Positions 1-8,338 of a stretch of 64,000 nucleotides of DNA are shown piece after piece (position 1 is the first letter of the stretch; every line of letters starts with the position of its first letter). The notes beneath the pieces are model-generated. The model made no database searches and was not told the origin of the DNA. It worked only from the letters and a program-made list of their open reading frames with translations. Origin of the DNA: a virus. Its lineage: Duplodnaviria > Caudoviricetes. The DNA lies in IMG/VR virus record IMGVR_UViG_3300031784_000003; one strand, given 5' to 3'. The translations under genes and the position numbers were made by a program.

Positions 1-13
1 AATTTAAAAAATT

Positions 14-211
14 ATGAATAAATTACTTAAAGAAGCGTTGGATAATCAACGTAAAATTGATGAAACACTAAAGTTTCTCAAAGAGAATGAAGAACATCTT
101 ACTGAAGAACAGGAAGATAAACTTGACGAAATCAAATACAAGATGAAAGAAGAATTATTACCAGAAATTGAGAAGTTGGATAAAAACAATCCAAAGTTTT
201 ATAAAAATTGA
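14..211 (+). CDS. hypothetical protein, charged/coiled-coil, 65 aa
   Basis: ATG ORF co-directional with neighbours; K/E-rich helical pattern. Confidence 0.7.
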   Translation: MNKLLKEALDNQRKIDETLKFLKENEEHLTEEQEDKLDEIKYKMKEELLPEIEKLDKNNPKFYKN

Positions 212-223
212 ATATAACGTCCA

Positions 224-442
224 ATGATAAACAAACAAAATAATATGTCAGTATTAAAAGAAAATTTCGGTACCATTTATGATATCATACAGGAGTTAAA
301 GAATGTAGGTGTAGATGGTGAAACAATGGGATATATATTGGATCAAGTGGGAATGGAACATCAAATGTTAAGACAATTAATGTTAACACTACCCATAGAA
401 GAAATAGAGAATTTAATAGAAGAACGGAAAGAGTTAAAATAG
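224..442 (+). CDS. hypothetical protein, 72 aa
   Basis: ORF followed by an intrinsic terminator at 449-476. Confidence 0.7.
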   Translation: MINKQNNMSVLKENFGTIYDIIQELKNVGVDGETMGYILDQVGMEHQMLRQLMLTLPIEEIENLIEERKELK

Positions 443-448
443 TAATTG

Positions 449-476
449 AACCCTTACAGAAATGTAGGGGTTTTTT
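449..476 (+). terminator. intrinsic terminator
   Basis: AACCCTTACA-GAAA-TGTAGGGGTT stem (one G-U pair) followed by a T run. Confidence 0.8.
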
Positions 477-498
477 GTTTTATATAATATCAAAATGG

Positions 499-530
499 TT
501 TGACAATGTAGTATTAAATTATTATTTTTG
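499..530 (+). promoter_or_regulatory. Bacteroidota-type primary-sigma promoter
   Basis: TTTG (499-502), 20 nt spacer, TATTTTTG (523-530); matches -33 TTTG / -7 TAnnTTTG. Confidence 0.75.
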
Positions 531-553
531 TTCTTTATTTAAACAATGTGATT

Positions 554-718
554 ATGGGAGAAAATAAAAAAGGAAAAGGTTTATTTGGTTCTATTAAAGA
601 TAGAGTAAAAGAATATGATATAGAGGAAATTATTTATGTTTCTGGTTCTATCATTAGTTTAATCGGTATGGTATTCGTAATTTATGCCATACTTAGAGTA
701 ATATCAAAAATTATATAA
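554..718 (+). CDS. small membrane protein, 54 aa (not in ORF track)
   Basis: MGENKKGKGLFGS...IIYVSGSIISLIGMVFVIYAILRVISKII; one hydrophobic helix; directly behind the promoter. Confidence 0.65.
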   Translation: MGENKKGKGLFGSIKDRVKEYDIEEIIYVSGSIISLIGMVFVIYAILRVISKII

Positions 719-722
719 TATT

Positions 723-902
723 ATGAAACCTTACGGAAGAGAAAAGAATTTAAAAGGTGGTAAACCTTGGAAAGTAGATGTACATCCAAAAAAAGGATTT
801 GTTAACTGGTGGGAAAATATGGTTGACTATATAACAAGAAGTAGGATGAAACAGAAATGGAAAAAGGATATAGGTAGTGATTTATCAGATAATAATATAT
901 AA
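723..902 (+). CDS. small basic hypothetical phage protein, 59 aa (not in ORF track)
   Basis: MKPYGREKNLKGGKPWKVDVHPKKGFVNWWENM...; fits exactly between flanking ORFs. Confidence 0.7.
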   Translation: MKPYGREKNLKGGKPWKVDVHPKKGFVNWWENMVDYITRSRMKQKWKKDIGSDLSDNNI

Positions 903-910
903 CTTACCAT

Positions 911-1597
911 ATGGAAAAGAAAGTATGTTCAAAGTGTAAGGAAGAAAAAGAATTAACTGAGTTTAATAAAGGTAGATCAGAATGTAGACTATGTAGTAAA
1001 GAATACAAGAAAGAATACTATGAAAATAATAAAGATAAAATAAAAAAAGGTAAAAAAAAATATAGGGAAAATAATAAAGATAAAATAAAAGAATATGATA
1101 AAAAATACAGGGAAAATAATATAGATAAAATAAAAGAATATGATAAAGAATATAAACAGAACAATAAAGATAAAATAAAAGAATACGATAAAGAATATAG
1201 ACAGAACAATAAAGATAAAACAAAAGAATATAATAAAGAATATTGTAGAGTAAGGAGACAATCTGATCCACTTTATAAACTTACTACTAATATTAGAAAC
1301 TTATTAAAACAATCATTTAAACGTGATGGATATATTAAAAAATCTAAAACGTATAAGATATTAGGTTGTACATACGATGAATTTAAAACACAGATAGAAT
1401 CACAGTGGGAAGAATGGATGAGTTGGGATAACTATGGTAGGTATAACGGAGAAGAAAACTATGGATGGGATTTGGATCATATAATACCATTATCATCTGG
1501 TAAGTGTGAAGAAGATATCATTAAATTAAATCATTATACTAATATACAACCACTGTGTTCTTATAATAATAGATATATTAAAAAGGATAAAATATGA
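911..1597 (+). CDS. HNH-family endonuclease with N-terminal Zn ribbon and helical repeat linker
   Basis: CSKC...CRLC; C-terminal WDLDHIIPLSS...NHYTNIQPLC..NN HNH signature. Confidence 0.85.
   Translation: MEKKVCSKCKEEKELTEFNKGRSECRLCSKEYKKEYYENNKDKIKKGKKKYRENNKDKIKEYDKKYRENNIDKIKEYDKEYKQNNKDKIKEYDKEYRQNNKDKTKEYNKEYCRVRRQSDPLYKLTTNIRNLLKQSFKRDGYIKKSKTYKILGCTYDEFKTQIESQWEEWMSWDNYGRYNGEENYGWDLDHIIPLSSGKCEEDIIKLNHYTNIQPLCSYNNRYIKKDKI
998..1243 (+). repeat. 45-nt (15-aa) tandem repeat, about 5.5 copies, in-frame
   Basis: KEYDKEYRQNNKDKI-like units. Confidence 0.9.
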
Positions 1598-1764
1598 AAA
1601 GATTAAATGTAAGATTAATTAAATGGTTCTCTAATAAATTAGGGTTTAAAATTGTTATGATTAGAATGGGTAATGGTAGTATAGATATAGAAGGAGATAA
1701 AGAATTACTGAAGTATACAGATGTAGTAGGTTACTCATTTAAGAAAGATCCATTGAAGAGATAA
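1594..1764 (+). CDS. hypothetical protein, 56 aa (not in ORF track)
   Basis: ATGA overlap with the HNH stop; MKRLNVRLIKWFSNKLGFKIVMI... Confidence 0.65.
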   Translation: MKRLNVRLIKWFSNKLGFKIVMIRMGNGSIDIEGDKELLKYTDVVGYSFKKDPLKR

Positions 1765-2054
1765 TAACGAATTTAAGACCATCTGAGAGACTTTAATAGT
1801 GATGTGGTATACTACGATAAATTAAAATAGATCGTTTAATAGAGTGTACCAGAAACCCCCATAATTAGATTTAAAAACTGTACCTATATATAGAAATGTA
1901 TTTGCCTCATTAAAATTGAGTATTTTTTATAATCGATGTTTAAAGTGGTAAAAAGTGGGATATTGAATGATGTTTAAAGAGAAAGGGTTAAATAACATTG
2001 CGTAGCCCGCAAATTTTCCCTAAAATAAATTTTATTTTTTTTAAAATCTATACT

Positions 2055-2086
2055 CAAATATACGGAAAATAAGTGAAAAAATCAAC
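2055..2086 (-). promoter_or_regulatory. Bacteroidota-type promoter on the minus strand, no ORF downstream
   Basis: Minus strand reads GTTG, 20 nt, TATATTTG. Confidence 0.5.
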
Positions 2087-2225
2087 ATTTAGGTAAAAAA
2101 AGATATTAACAAAACTGTACCTTACCATTTTTTCCCACTTCGTATATTTAATAATATGGAAGATGAAATAGAAGTAGATAACTGGGAGTGTGGTGACAAC
2201 ATTACATTTTAGTAATGATCATTAA

Positions 2226-2233
2226 TATTTATA
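2226..2233 (+). promoter_or_regulatory. putative phage late promoter TATTTATA (representative)
   Basis: 3 nt before ATG 2237; same motif precedes more than 30 genes. Confidence 0.7.
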
Positions 2234-2236
2234 GTT

Positions 2237-2764
2237 ATGGAGAAATATTATTTAGATAAAGTTATAGGGTATCTAGTAGACGATACGGAAATAGATTATA
2301 GTAATAAATCAGTTAATCTACTTTTCCTTCAACCTCACATGTTATTATTTTTTTTCCCACATCCTTTACCATCACCTATTTTGGATTACTGTAAAAATGT
2401 CTATGGTTTAACTGATGATGAAACGAATTATGTGTTGAGAAAATATAAAGGGATCATCGTAGATAAAATAAATAGTGGTGGATCAATAAATGAATCTGTA
2501 GGGGATAAAGAAAAATACTTAGATAAGATATCACAGTATATATTAGATGATACAGAGATAGACTATGAACAAAAGTTAGTAACATATCCTTTTATACCTA
2601 ATACACCTTCCCAATGGGGTTTTATAGTTCCATTACATTACGTTCAATATGGATCACCATTTTTTAAAGAGTATTCTAAATATTGTAATGATATATATGG
2701 ATTATCATATGGGGAATCAGTATACGTATGGAATCATTATATAAATATTAGTGGATTGTATTAG
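2237..2764 (+). CDS. two-module polyprotein of the YLDKIV..DDT / YGLTD.E..YVW family
   Basis: Two paralogous modules joined by INESV (nt 2486). Confidence 0.85.
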   Translation: MEKYYLDKVIGYLVDDTEIDYSNKSVNLLFLQPHMLLFFFPHPLPSPILDYCKNVYGLTDDETNYVLRKYKGIIVDKINSGGSINESVGDKEKYLDKISQYILDDTEIDYEQKLVTYPFIPNTPSQWGFIVPLHYVQYGSPFFKEYSKYCNDIYGLSYGESVYVWNHYINISGLY

Positions 2765-3024
2765 GATATGTCGATTATTATTACTACCTTTATTATGTTG
2801 GTGGTGATACCGAAACAGGCGTACATATAGATATATAGTATGAAGAGATCATAGGTCGGTTGGTCGTAACTCTTCCGTTTATCTGAGTATAACGCAGGTT
2901 GGAGTCCACCCTCTTAGAGAAGAACTTGTTTCTCTGACCCGTCTCGGTTATGAACCACTGACAATATAAAATTACGGATCATTTCTGACATATCCTAATA
3001 TTTATTATTATAAAATTTAAAAAA

Positions 3025-3756
3025 ATGAAGGTAACCATTAAGGGTATTATTAAAGAGAATAGAGAGGATCTACTTATAGATAAAATCGTAGAGAGTTTAT
3101 TGAATGATACTGAATACAAAGTATACCATAGGTTTATGGGAGAGTATGTATGTGAGGTAAAGTTCCCAATGTTTAAGGGATTACCAAGAGTATATGATAG
3201 AGTAGATATTGTTGAGTTTATAAATATGTTTAAGGATCAAAAGGATAGTGAACTAACATCATTTAGATCATCTATAGATTGGAATAATTACCTTGAGAGT
3301 AATTATGGTATGTCAGGTGAACATAATGTGAGTAAGATCGGTATAAGATATTATAATACATTATTCACAAGAATATTAAAGGACTTTGATGATTACCATT
3401 ACGTTCCAGATTATGGTCCTGTTAATGAATCTGTAGATAAAAAGTTAGACGATACAATTAATAGAATAGTAGACTATATGATAGAGGATACTAAATGGGA
3501 TGTATATGAAGAATGGGAAGATGATTGGAGTTATGTGATGGTAACTTTACATTATCCTGGTGGAGAATACGAAAATTATAGAATAGAAGAGATGGAAAGA
3601 GATTGGGATAGGTTTAATTTGTATGAGGGAGACGTTCAATACGTAAAGGATCATTTTGGTATTAATCAAAAATGGATCATAGAAGAACTATATGATAGAT
3701 ACATAAAGAAACTACGTCCTATCATATATGAAGAAATGAAAAATTATGAACTATAA
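3025..3756 (+). CDS. two-module polyprotein (subtype B) with leader
   Basis: Leader MKVTIKGIIKE; IDKIVESLLNDTEY; linker VNESV (nt 3421); INRIVDYMIEDTKW. Confidence 0.8.
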   Translation: MKVTIKGIIKENREDLLIDKIVESLLNDTEYKVYHRFMGEYVCEVKFPMFKGLPRVYDRVDIVEFINMFKDQKDSELTSFRSSIDWNNYLESNYGMSGEHNVSKIGIRYYNTLFTRILKDFDDYHYVPDYGPVNESVDKKLDDTINRIVDYMIEDTKWDVYEEWEDDWSYVMVTLHYPGGEYENYRIEEMERDWDRFNLYEGDVQYVKDHFGINQKWIIEELYDRYIKKLRPIIYEEMKNYEL

Positions 3757-3817
3757 CTATTGACTTTTTAAAATAAAATGTATAATATTATATCATAGTT
3801 GTTTGATTTATTAGTGT

Positions 3818-4017
3818 AGGATCCTTTCCTCATCTCCTCCTCCACCCTAAAGGAGATGATAGTATAAAAGAATGACAGGTTCTTCTTTTATGTGAACAGA
3901 GGATCTTAACATGACAGTCTCCTCAGAGTTCATAGACTGAGTTGAGACAATTGTAAGGAGATAATATAATCATCGGATACTTTAAATAGTTTCACGAAAA
4001 AAATTATCTCCTTTTTT
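3818..4017 (+). ncRNA. candidate structured non-coding RNA
   Basis: ORF-free, with stems 3830-3838/3851-3859, 3864-3872/3883-3891, 3820-3825/3900-3905, 3917-3926/3937-3948 and 3955-3965/4003-4013 plus a T tail. Confidence 0.5.
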
Positions 4018-4028
4018 ATTTACCCTAA

Positions 4029-4060
4029 TTTGATTTTCTAATTTATTATTAGTATATTTG
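4029..4060 (+). promoter_or_regulatory. Bacteroidota-type promoter, no ORF downstream
   Basis: TTTG (4029-4032), 20 nt, TATATTTG (4053-4060). Confidence 0.75.
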
Positions 4061-4098
4061 TTTTATGAAATGATATAGTTACATACATATAATCCTAA

Positions 4099-4230
4099 TG
4101 GGGAGGGGGTATTACTTATACACAGTAAAAACCCCCCCTACTATACGGTAAGGGGGAGGGTCCCCCAGACACCCCCCATCGTATCCCCCCTTCCCTCTGG
4201 GGTAGTTTTTAGTTGTGGGGCGGAGGCGAT
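4099..4230. other. GC-rich island of G and C homopolymer runs
   Basis: GGGAGGGGGT...ACCCCCCCTA...AGGGGGAGGGTCCCCC...CCCCCC in an otherwise very AT-rich window. Confidence 0.7.
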
Positions 4231-4379
4231 GTTGTCCACGAATTTTCCAGGAAATTTTTAAGTTTAGGTTTGAACCTTTTTTTGTTTTATCTCTATAAAT
4301 GATGACACCATTTTTAAACATACCTCTGTAGTCAAATTTTTTTGGGAAATTTTTGTATTTATAATTAAACAATTATATT

Positions 4380-4706
4380 ATGGAGATAAATAGATTTAAA
4401 CAATTATTAGAATCAACAATGGGTAATATAAAACCATTGATTATGGAACAGACAGAAAAAATTGTTTCTTTAAAACAACTTAAAAAAATGGGGTATGATT
4501 ACCCAATGGGATCCGCTCCACCAAAAGGTGATTTAATAGATACTGAGATCAGTTCGGTTGGTAAAACAATTACTTCGGCATCTACGTCATTAATGACTTT
4601 AGTTAGACAAAAAAGTATACCATCAACAAATAATGATGGAATGATATTTAATAAAACCTTGGATAACGGTAATGTTGAGGTTAGGTGGGTGTTATTTAAA
4701 AAATAA
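4380..4706 (+). CDS. leader-bearing hypothetical (putative head cargo)
   Basis: MEINRFKQLLES...LIMEQ; TATTTATA at 4356-4363. Confidence 0.75.
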   Translation: MEINRFKQLLESTMGNIKPLIMEQTEKIVSLKQLKKMGYDYPMGSAPPKGDLIDTEISSVGKTITSASTSLMTLVRQKSIPSTNNDGMIFNKTLDNGNVEVRWVLFKK

Positions 4707-4719
4707 AATCTGTTATAGG

Positions 4720-4795
4720 TTTTTATTGTTCAATATTTAAGGTTGTTCAGTGACAATAAACACCCCTTATGGTTAAAAATTTTTCAGGAAATTTT
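4720..4795 (+). repeat. intergenic repeat A, copy 1
   Basis: TTTTTATTGTTCAATAT..TTGTTCAGTGACAATAAACACCC..CCTTATGGTTAAAAATTTTTCAGGAAATTTT; second copy at 5204-5296. Confidence 0.85.
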
Positions 4796-4846
4796 TAAAT
4801 TTATAATATATTTATAAATAAAATAAAAAAGATTTAAATTAATATT

Positions 4847-5158
4847 ATGAAAAAAACTATTAGACTAACAGAATCAGATTTGAAAAGAATCGTTAAACGT
4901 ATTATTAAAGAAGATGGAGAAGTGGAAGAGGGACAATCAGGTATTTCCATTACTGTACAAGATATATTTAGAGAGGTTACAGATATTCTTAACGACTTTG
5001 GTGGTTATGATGAATCTATGAGAGAAGAGGCAATGGATTTGTCTAAAGATATTATGGATAGATTACAACGATTTGATTTACTTGGGATATTGGCAAACTA
5101 TATTACTGAGAATTATGAGGAATCCATTTATGATATTCTTGGTGATGGAGCATATTAA
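4847..5158 (+). CDS. leader-bearing acidic hypothetical (putative head cargo)
   Basis: MKKTIRLTESDLKRIVKRIIKED; TATTTATA at 4809-4816. Confidence 0.8.
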   Translation: MKKTIRLTESDLKRIVKRIIKEDGEVEEGQSGISITVQDIFREVTDILNDFGGYDESMREEAMDLSKDIMDRLQRFDLLGILANYITENYEESIYDILGDGAY

Positions 5159-5182
5159 ATAATTTTTGAATTAAATTAAATT

Positions 5183-5208
5183 CCCACCCCATAAGGGTGG
5201 GTTTTTTT
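5183..5208 (+). terminator. intrinsic terminator
   Basis: CCCACCC-CATAA-GGGTGGG followed by T7. Confidence 0.85.
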
Positions 5209-5296
5209 ATTGTTCAATATATGGGTTTGTTCGGTGACAATAAACACCCATTTCTGGTGAACATTCCTTATGGTGAAAAATTTTCCAGGAAATTTT
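5204..5296 (+). repeat. intergenic repeat A, copy 2
   Basis: Same three blocks as 4720-4795 with a short insertion. Confidence 0.85.
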
Positions 5297-5330
5297 ACGT
5301 TTCCAAATATTAAGGTATTTATATTATGAT

Positions 5331-6485
5331 ATGGATAATAAAAAAATATACTTAGATAAAATTGTAAATTATATTGTTGATGATACTATAATAAATTATA
5401 ATACTGACATTATAATATTCCCATTTTCCATTATCGGACCTTTAGGTAGACCATTACCTTCATTTATATCTGACGGTTTAGATTTGATGTCTTTTTATTC
5501 ATTTTATAAATACTGTAAAGATACTTATGGGTTAACAGATGAAGAAACAGATTATGTATGGAATAGGTATAAGGTGATTATAAATAATAAAATTAAGGGT
5601 AACATTAATGAATCTGTAGATAGAAGATCTGTTTATTTGGATAAGATTGTAGATTTTCTTGTAGATGATACTAAAATGGATTATAATACACATAAAGTAT
5701 GGTATCCATTTATGAGTGATGATATAAACCCTTTTCCTTTTTCACCTAATACTATTTTTAATATAGAAGTATCTCCAGTATTTGTAGATTATCTTAATAC
5801 TATGTATGGTATCGATTGGTATGACTCAGACTATGTATGGAAAAAATATATGATTATTATGACGAATAAATATAAAAATGATATTATTAATGAATCGGTG
5901 GATAGAAAAAATGATTATTTGGATAAGATTGTGGAATTTCTTATAACGGATACAGATATAGAGTATGGTAAAAAGATGATAAGATATCCATTTCTCCCTT
6001 CTACTCTATTTTCAGTTTTCAGTTCTTTCCGTACCCCCTACGTCAAGGAAACTCCCTTTTCTAAATATATTAAAGATAATTATGGTTTAACAGATGGAGA
6101 GATAGACTATGTATGGGAAGAATATAAAAATATCATTTTAGATAAATTTAATAATATGGGATCAATTAACGAATCGGTAGATAGAAAACAAGATTATTTG
6201 GATAAGATTGTAGATTTTCTTGTGGAAGATACCGATATTGGTCTTGGTTGGTTTAGTCCTCCTTACTATTATCCTGGGAGTACGGCAGGTAGAACTAATT
6301 TTAGATCGGTTTATGAACACACATTTAATTTATCTAGTAATACTAATTATAGTGGGTTGGATACTCAGTTAATTTATTTTGATCATTACTGTAAGAACAA
6401 CTATGGACTTACTGGTCAGGAGAATAAAATTGTTTGGGAACGATATATGAAAAAATTAAAGGAGACTTATAAATGGGGGTTTTAA
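5331..6485 (+). CDS. four-module polyprotein
   Basis: INESVDR linkers at nt 5604, 5886, 6165, each followed by YLDKIV.FL..DT; TATTTATA at 5316-5323. Confidence 0.9.
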   Translation: MDNKKIYLDKIVNYIVDDTIINYNTDIIIFPFSIIGPLGRPLPSFISDGLDLMSFYSFYKYCKDTYGLTDEETDYVWNRYKVIINNKIKGNINESVDRRSVYLDKIVDFLVDDTKMDYNTHKVWYPFMSDDINPFPFSPNTIFNIEVSPVFVDYLNTMYGIDWYDSDYVWKKYMIIMTNKYKNDIINESVDRKNDYLDKIVEFLITDTDIEYGKKMIRYPFLPSTLFSVFSSFRTPYVKETPFSKYIKDNYGLTDGEIDYVWEEYKNIILDKFNNMGSINESVDRKQDYLDKIVDFLVEDTDIGLGWFSPPYYYPGSTAGRTNFRSVYEHTFNLSSNTNYSGLDTQLIYFDHYCKNNYGLTGQENKIVWERYMKKLKETYKWGF

Positions 6486-6489
6486 TCGG

Positions 6490-6526
6490 TTGTTCGACCG
6501 AACCGTTCCATCACCCCTACCCCTCT
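6490..6526 (+). repeat. intergenic repeat B, copy 1 (37 nt)
   Basis: TTGTTCGACCGAACCGTTCCATCACCCCTACCCCTCT; 35/37 identical to 8339-8375. Confidence 0.9.
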
Positions 6527-6557
6527 TTTTGGAACATTGTAATATTTATATGGTAGT

Positions 6558-7934
6558 ATGGATAAAAAAGAATATTTAGATAAGATTGTAAGTTTTATTG
6601 TTGATGACACAGTGGTGGATCAAGATAATAAAACTTGGTACCCACCATTTCCGAAGGCACATCTACATCCACCACATAAGATTTTTTATAATCTAATAAC
6701 TATGGCGGAAATGTTAAGTCCTATTTTTCTTATGGACAATATTTATGTACAAGCCTTCCGCACTTATTGTAGAGATACATATGGTATATCATTAGGAGAT
6801 AAAGAAATTAAAGATTTGTGGTTAAAATATCTTTACGCTTTAAGACCCAAAATTACAGGATTTACCATTAATGAATCTGTAGATTCTAGAAGATCCAATT
6901 ATTTAGATTTAATTTTAAACATTCTTTTAGAGGATAGTATTATAGAACGAATCAACAAAAGTTGGTATTTAACATCACCGTGGATTAAAAATGATAATAG
7001 AAATTATCCTAATCTTGGATTTTTCCATACTATATTACCTTATACCCTTAACTCCACCTCAGATCCCTTTGGAATATACTGTAGAGATAATTATGGTTTA
7101 ACTGATAAAGAGATATATGATATGTGGCGTATTTATCATGATGAGATGTGGAAAAGATATTATAAATTATCTTCAGGTAAATTGAATGAATCGGTGGATA
7201 GAAAAAATAAATATTTAGATAAAGTTGCAGATTTTCTTGTGGATGATACTAAACTAGATGATAAAGAAGAGGAATTAACATTATCTTTAGGATCTGCAGG
7301 ATTTAAAACAATATACTTTTCTGATTTTCTTTGGACCACTGCATATTTTCTTCATGACATACCTTCTTATTTTTCTGGATATTGTAAAAACACTTATGGT
7401 TTAACAGATGAAGAAATTAGATATGTGTGGAAAAAATATAGATATATTATAAGAGATAAAATACTTTCTATTATGAAAAATAAATATAGAAGTAACAATA
7501 TTAATGAATCGGTGGATAGAAAATCCGAATACTTAGATAAGATTGTAGACTTTATGTTAAATGATACAAGATATTCAGTATACACTAATAGATATTATGT
7601 CCATTCTAAAGTTGCTGCAGATATATGGTTTCCATCTGACTCTGATAATGGTTATACTTATACTAAAGATGAAATACATGAATGGACAAATGATTATGAG
7701 TGGTATTTTGATGGGGGAGATATAGAATATATTTGTGAGACATATAGTATTTGTGATAGAGATACCATACAGGAAATGTATAATAGATACATACAAAAAT
7801 TATCTACTATCATATATGATGAAATGTTAGAGGTAGAAAGACGTAATGATTCTATTAATGAATCTGTAGATAGAAAAGAAAAATTAATTAATAAGATTGT
7901 AAAATTTATTTTAGACGATATTAAAAATTCTTAA
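6558..7934 (+). CDS. polyprotein with four full modules and a truncated fifth
   Basis: Linkers at nt 6867, 7182, 7500, 7854; ends INESVDRKEKLINKIVKFILDDIKNS*; TATTTATA at 6543-6550. Confidence 0.9.
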   Translation: MDKKEYLDKIVSFIVDDTVVDQDNKTWYPPFPKAHLHPPHKIFYNLITMAEMLSPIFLMDNIYVQAFRTYCRDTYGISLGDKEIKDLWLKYLYALRPKITGFTINESVDSRRSNYLDLILNILLEDSIIERINKSWYLTSPWIKNDNRNYPNLGFFHTILPYTLNSTSDPFGIYCRDNYGLTDKEIYDMWRIYHDEMWKRYYKLSSGKLNESVDRKNKYLDKVADFLVDDTKLDDKEEELTLSLGSAGFKTIYFSDFLWTTAYFLHDIPSYFSGYCKNTYGLTDEEIRYVWKKYRYIIRDKILSIMKNKYRSNNINESVDRKSEYLDKIVDFMLNDTRYSVYTNRYYVHSKVAADIWFPSDSDNGYTYTKDEIHEWTNDYEWYFDGGDIEYICETYSICDRDTIQEMYNRYIQKLSTIIYDEMLEVERRNDSINESVDRKEKLINKIVKFILDDIKNS

Positions 7935-8310
7935 ATAAACCTTTTGGTAGTATATCTAAAAACGGTAATAAATAACTATCACTATACTTATCATTTAATT
8001 CCTTCAGTAAAAATTTTATAAAGTTTATTGGTAAGTCATTAATGTAAAAAAGATAGATATATTTAAAACCGTCAGGAATTAATCTAGAATCTTCATAATT
8101 AACATAATCACCATATTCATCGTAAGTAAATAACTCTATAACAATACGTTTAGTGTCGAATTGAATTTCTGATATTGATGCAACATCCCCTTCATTATGT
8201 AATTTTATCCCTAATTCATTAACTAAATCATAGGGAATTATATTACCCATATATTCAGTTTCCGTTAATTCGTATTCTTCTTTTAAAATTCTCCTAATAA
8301 TCCTTTTCAT
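7921..8310 (-). CDS. leader-bearing hypothetical on the opposite strand
   Basis: MKRIIRRILKEEY; TATTTATT on minus strand at 8315-8322; 3' end overlaps the polyprotein stop. Confidence 0.8.
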   Translation of the reverse strand: MKRIIRRILKEEYELTETEYMGNIIPYDLVNELGIKLHNEGDVASISEIQFDTKRIVIELFTYDEYGDYVNYEDSRLIPDGFKYIYLFYINDLPINFIKFLLKELNDKYSDSYLLPFLDILPKGLFKNF

Positions 8311-8338
8311 ATTAAATAAATATTCACCATTTAATCTT

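Noticed and set aside
963-1271. Three overlapping minus-strand ORFs rich in F/I/Y/L
   Set aside because: Antisense shadows of the A-rich 45-nt repeat in the HNH gene.
2156-2212. 18-aa ORF MEDEIEVDNWECGDNITF behind a TATTTAAT variant
   Set aside because: Too short and the promoter is imperfect; cannot be supported without translation data.
4112-4372. 86-aa minus-strand ORF across the GC island
   Set aside because: G/P-rich translation of homopolymer runs, no promoter of either class, composition unlike real genes here.
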